From Ginglymostoma cirratum (Eukaryota), in contig JAHRHZ010000271.1 in the NCBI GenBank assembly GCA_024137785.1, positions 21,431,130 to 21,495,129 of the forward strand: a stretch of 64,000 nt of DNA. Direction: 5' to 3'. The notes beneath the pieces were generated by a model, which saw only the letters and a list, made by a program, of their open reading frames with translations, did not search any database and had not been told where the DNA came from. Positions within the stretch are counted from its first letter, which is position 1; each line of letters opens with the position of its first letter. Below, in pieces: positions 62,731 to 64,000 of this stretch. The position numbers were made by a program, and so were the translations under genes.

Positions 62731-64000
62731 GCCGTTAGAATGATGACGCCGAATAGCAGGGTGAAATGGCTGTGATTATTCAGTTACATGCATACGATTA
62801 AAAGCGGGAGTAATCTGTTTAATCCCTTGAGTCTACTCACTATTCAATACGATCATGATTGCCTTGACTCCACCTTCCTGCCTAGTCCTGATGCATTTTG
62901 AGCTCTTATTAGTCCCTTATCGTTCGGATTTTAAATATATTTTACCTTGTAATAAAAAGTAGACTGGGCACTTTTCAGGTCTGAAATTGGTGGCATTTAA
63001 TTCATTTGTGAATTTTCACAAATACATGATGAGCAATAATCTGATCATTGCAAGTCTTTGTCTCACACTGTACCTTTGATCTGCTCTATTTTTGCCTTGA
63101 GCTTACAAGATGAACAAATCTAAGATGAACAAATGACTGTTACTTGAAATCCAAGGATGTTGTTAAGGCCAATTTTACAGCACATAAACATTTTAGTTTC
63201 ACTCTACCTCTGTGGAACGACAAACCAGTCAGGAAAAGTACAAATTATAATTGAGAGATGAGAGTGACAGTATATGTCTTGTTTTAGTTTTCTAAGAGGT
63301 TTACACCTCTAATTAAAAACTTTGACAAAACTATGTTATTTGGGATGAGATGCTTTTTTCTCTGTGTTGCTGTGAGGGACTGATATTTAAACCGGAGTCA
63401 GAGGAGGATGTTTATGATGTGCTTTAGTGGCGACCTTGGATATTGCGGCTGGCGTCAATCAGCCAAACCCAGACCATAGGGAATAAATAAATAAAGTGCT
63501 TTCATCTTAAACAAGTCGTGCCATGAAATGTAGAGGGAAAACAATCTTATATGGTATGAACTGAGAACTTGAGGTTTCAGAAAATAACAAATGCAATTTG
63601 CTTCTTAAACAGATTTCATATATTGTTAGGTAAATAGCATTGCTATCATTATATCTGCAATGCCTCTTTATCTTTCTGTATCAGATAGTCATGCAATAGT
63701 TTTGCTTTGAATTAATCACCCAGTGTATAGTCTTAGTAAAATTGTTGTATGACGCCTGAGCTATGAGACTGCAGGAGATATAGACAAAAACTGTACTCCC
63801 AAGTCTAGTCTACCTCAGAGAAACATCATGTGAGATCTACTCATGTATTAATATTTTTCTTAAAAATCTATATAATATATTCTGTTTAATAATGGTAACT
63901 ATATTGTTTGAACGACTATAGCATGTAAATGTGAGATATAATCAATTTATTAATGCATTCGGTCTGATATTTCAAGTCAAGCCTGAAATGTTTAAATAGT

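Noticed and set aside
1-64000. CRISPR arrays, operons, rRNA, known miRNA hairpins
   Set aside because: This is vertebrate DNA. I saw no regularly spaced repeat-spacer array, no rRNA-like segment and no mature miRNA sequence that I recognise, though a manual scan is not exhaustive.

Overview
Eukaryotic, AT-rich, repeat-dense vertebrate genomic DNA with one 400-N assembly gap (35202-35601). The repeat set points to a cartilaginous fish, most likely a shark. It includes HE1/V-SINEs, CR1 (HER1-type) LINEs, DeuSINE (SacSINE1-like) copies, RTE/BovB-like and RTE-X/CR1-like LINE remnants, Penelope-like elements, a decayed Gypsy LTR element, solo LTRs and Harbinger-type relics. The window looks intronic or intergenic. 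I can identify no intact host protein-coding gene, and nearly all listed ORFs are transposon remnants or chance ORFs. A few candidate minus-strand exons exist (52446-52700, 52280-52366, 32411-32444, 25288-25334) but I cannot name their gene. The most notable signal is about a dozen Penelope-derived short or palindromic elements carrying minimal hammerhead-ribozyme cores (CUGANGA...GAAAC). Two of these have exact 15-17 bp flanking duplications, and one GIY-YIG-encoding Penelope copy has inverted ribozyme-bearing termini. All family calls come from reading the sequence by eye, with no database search, and most boundaries are approximate to tens of bp.
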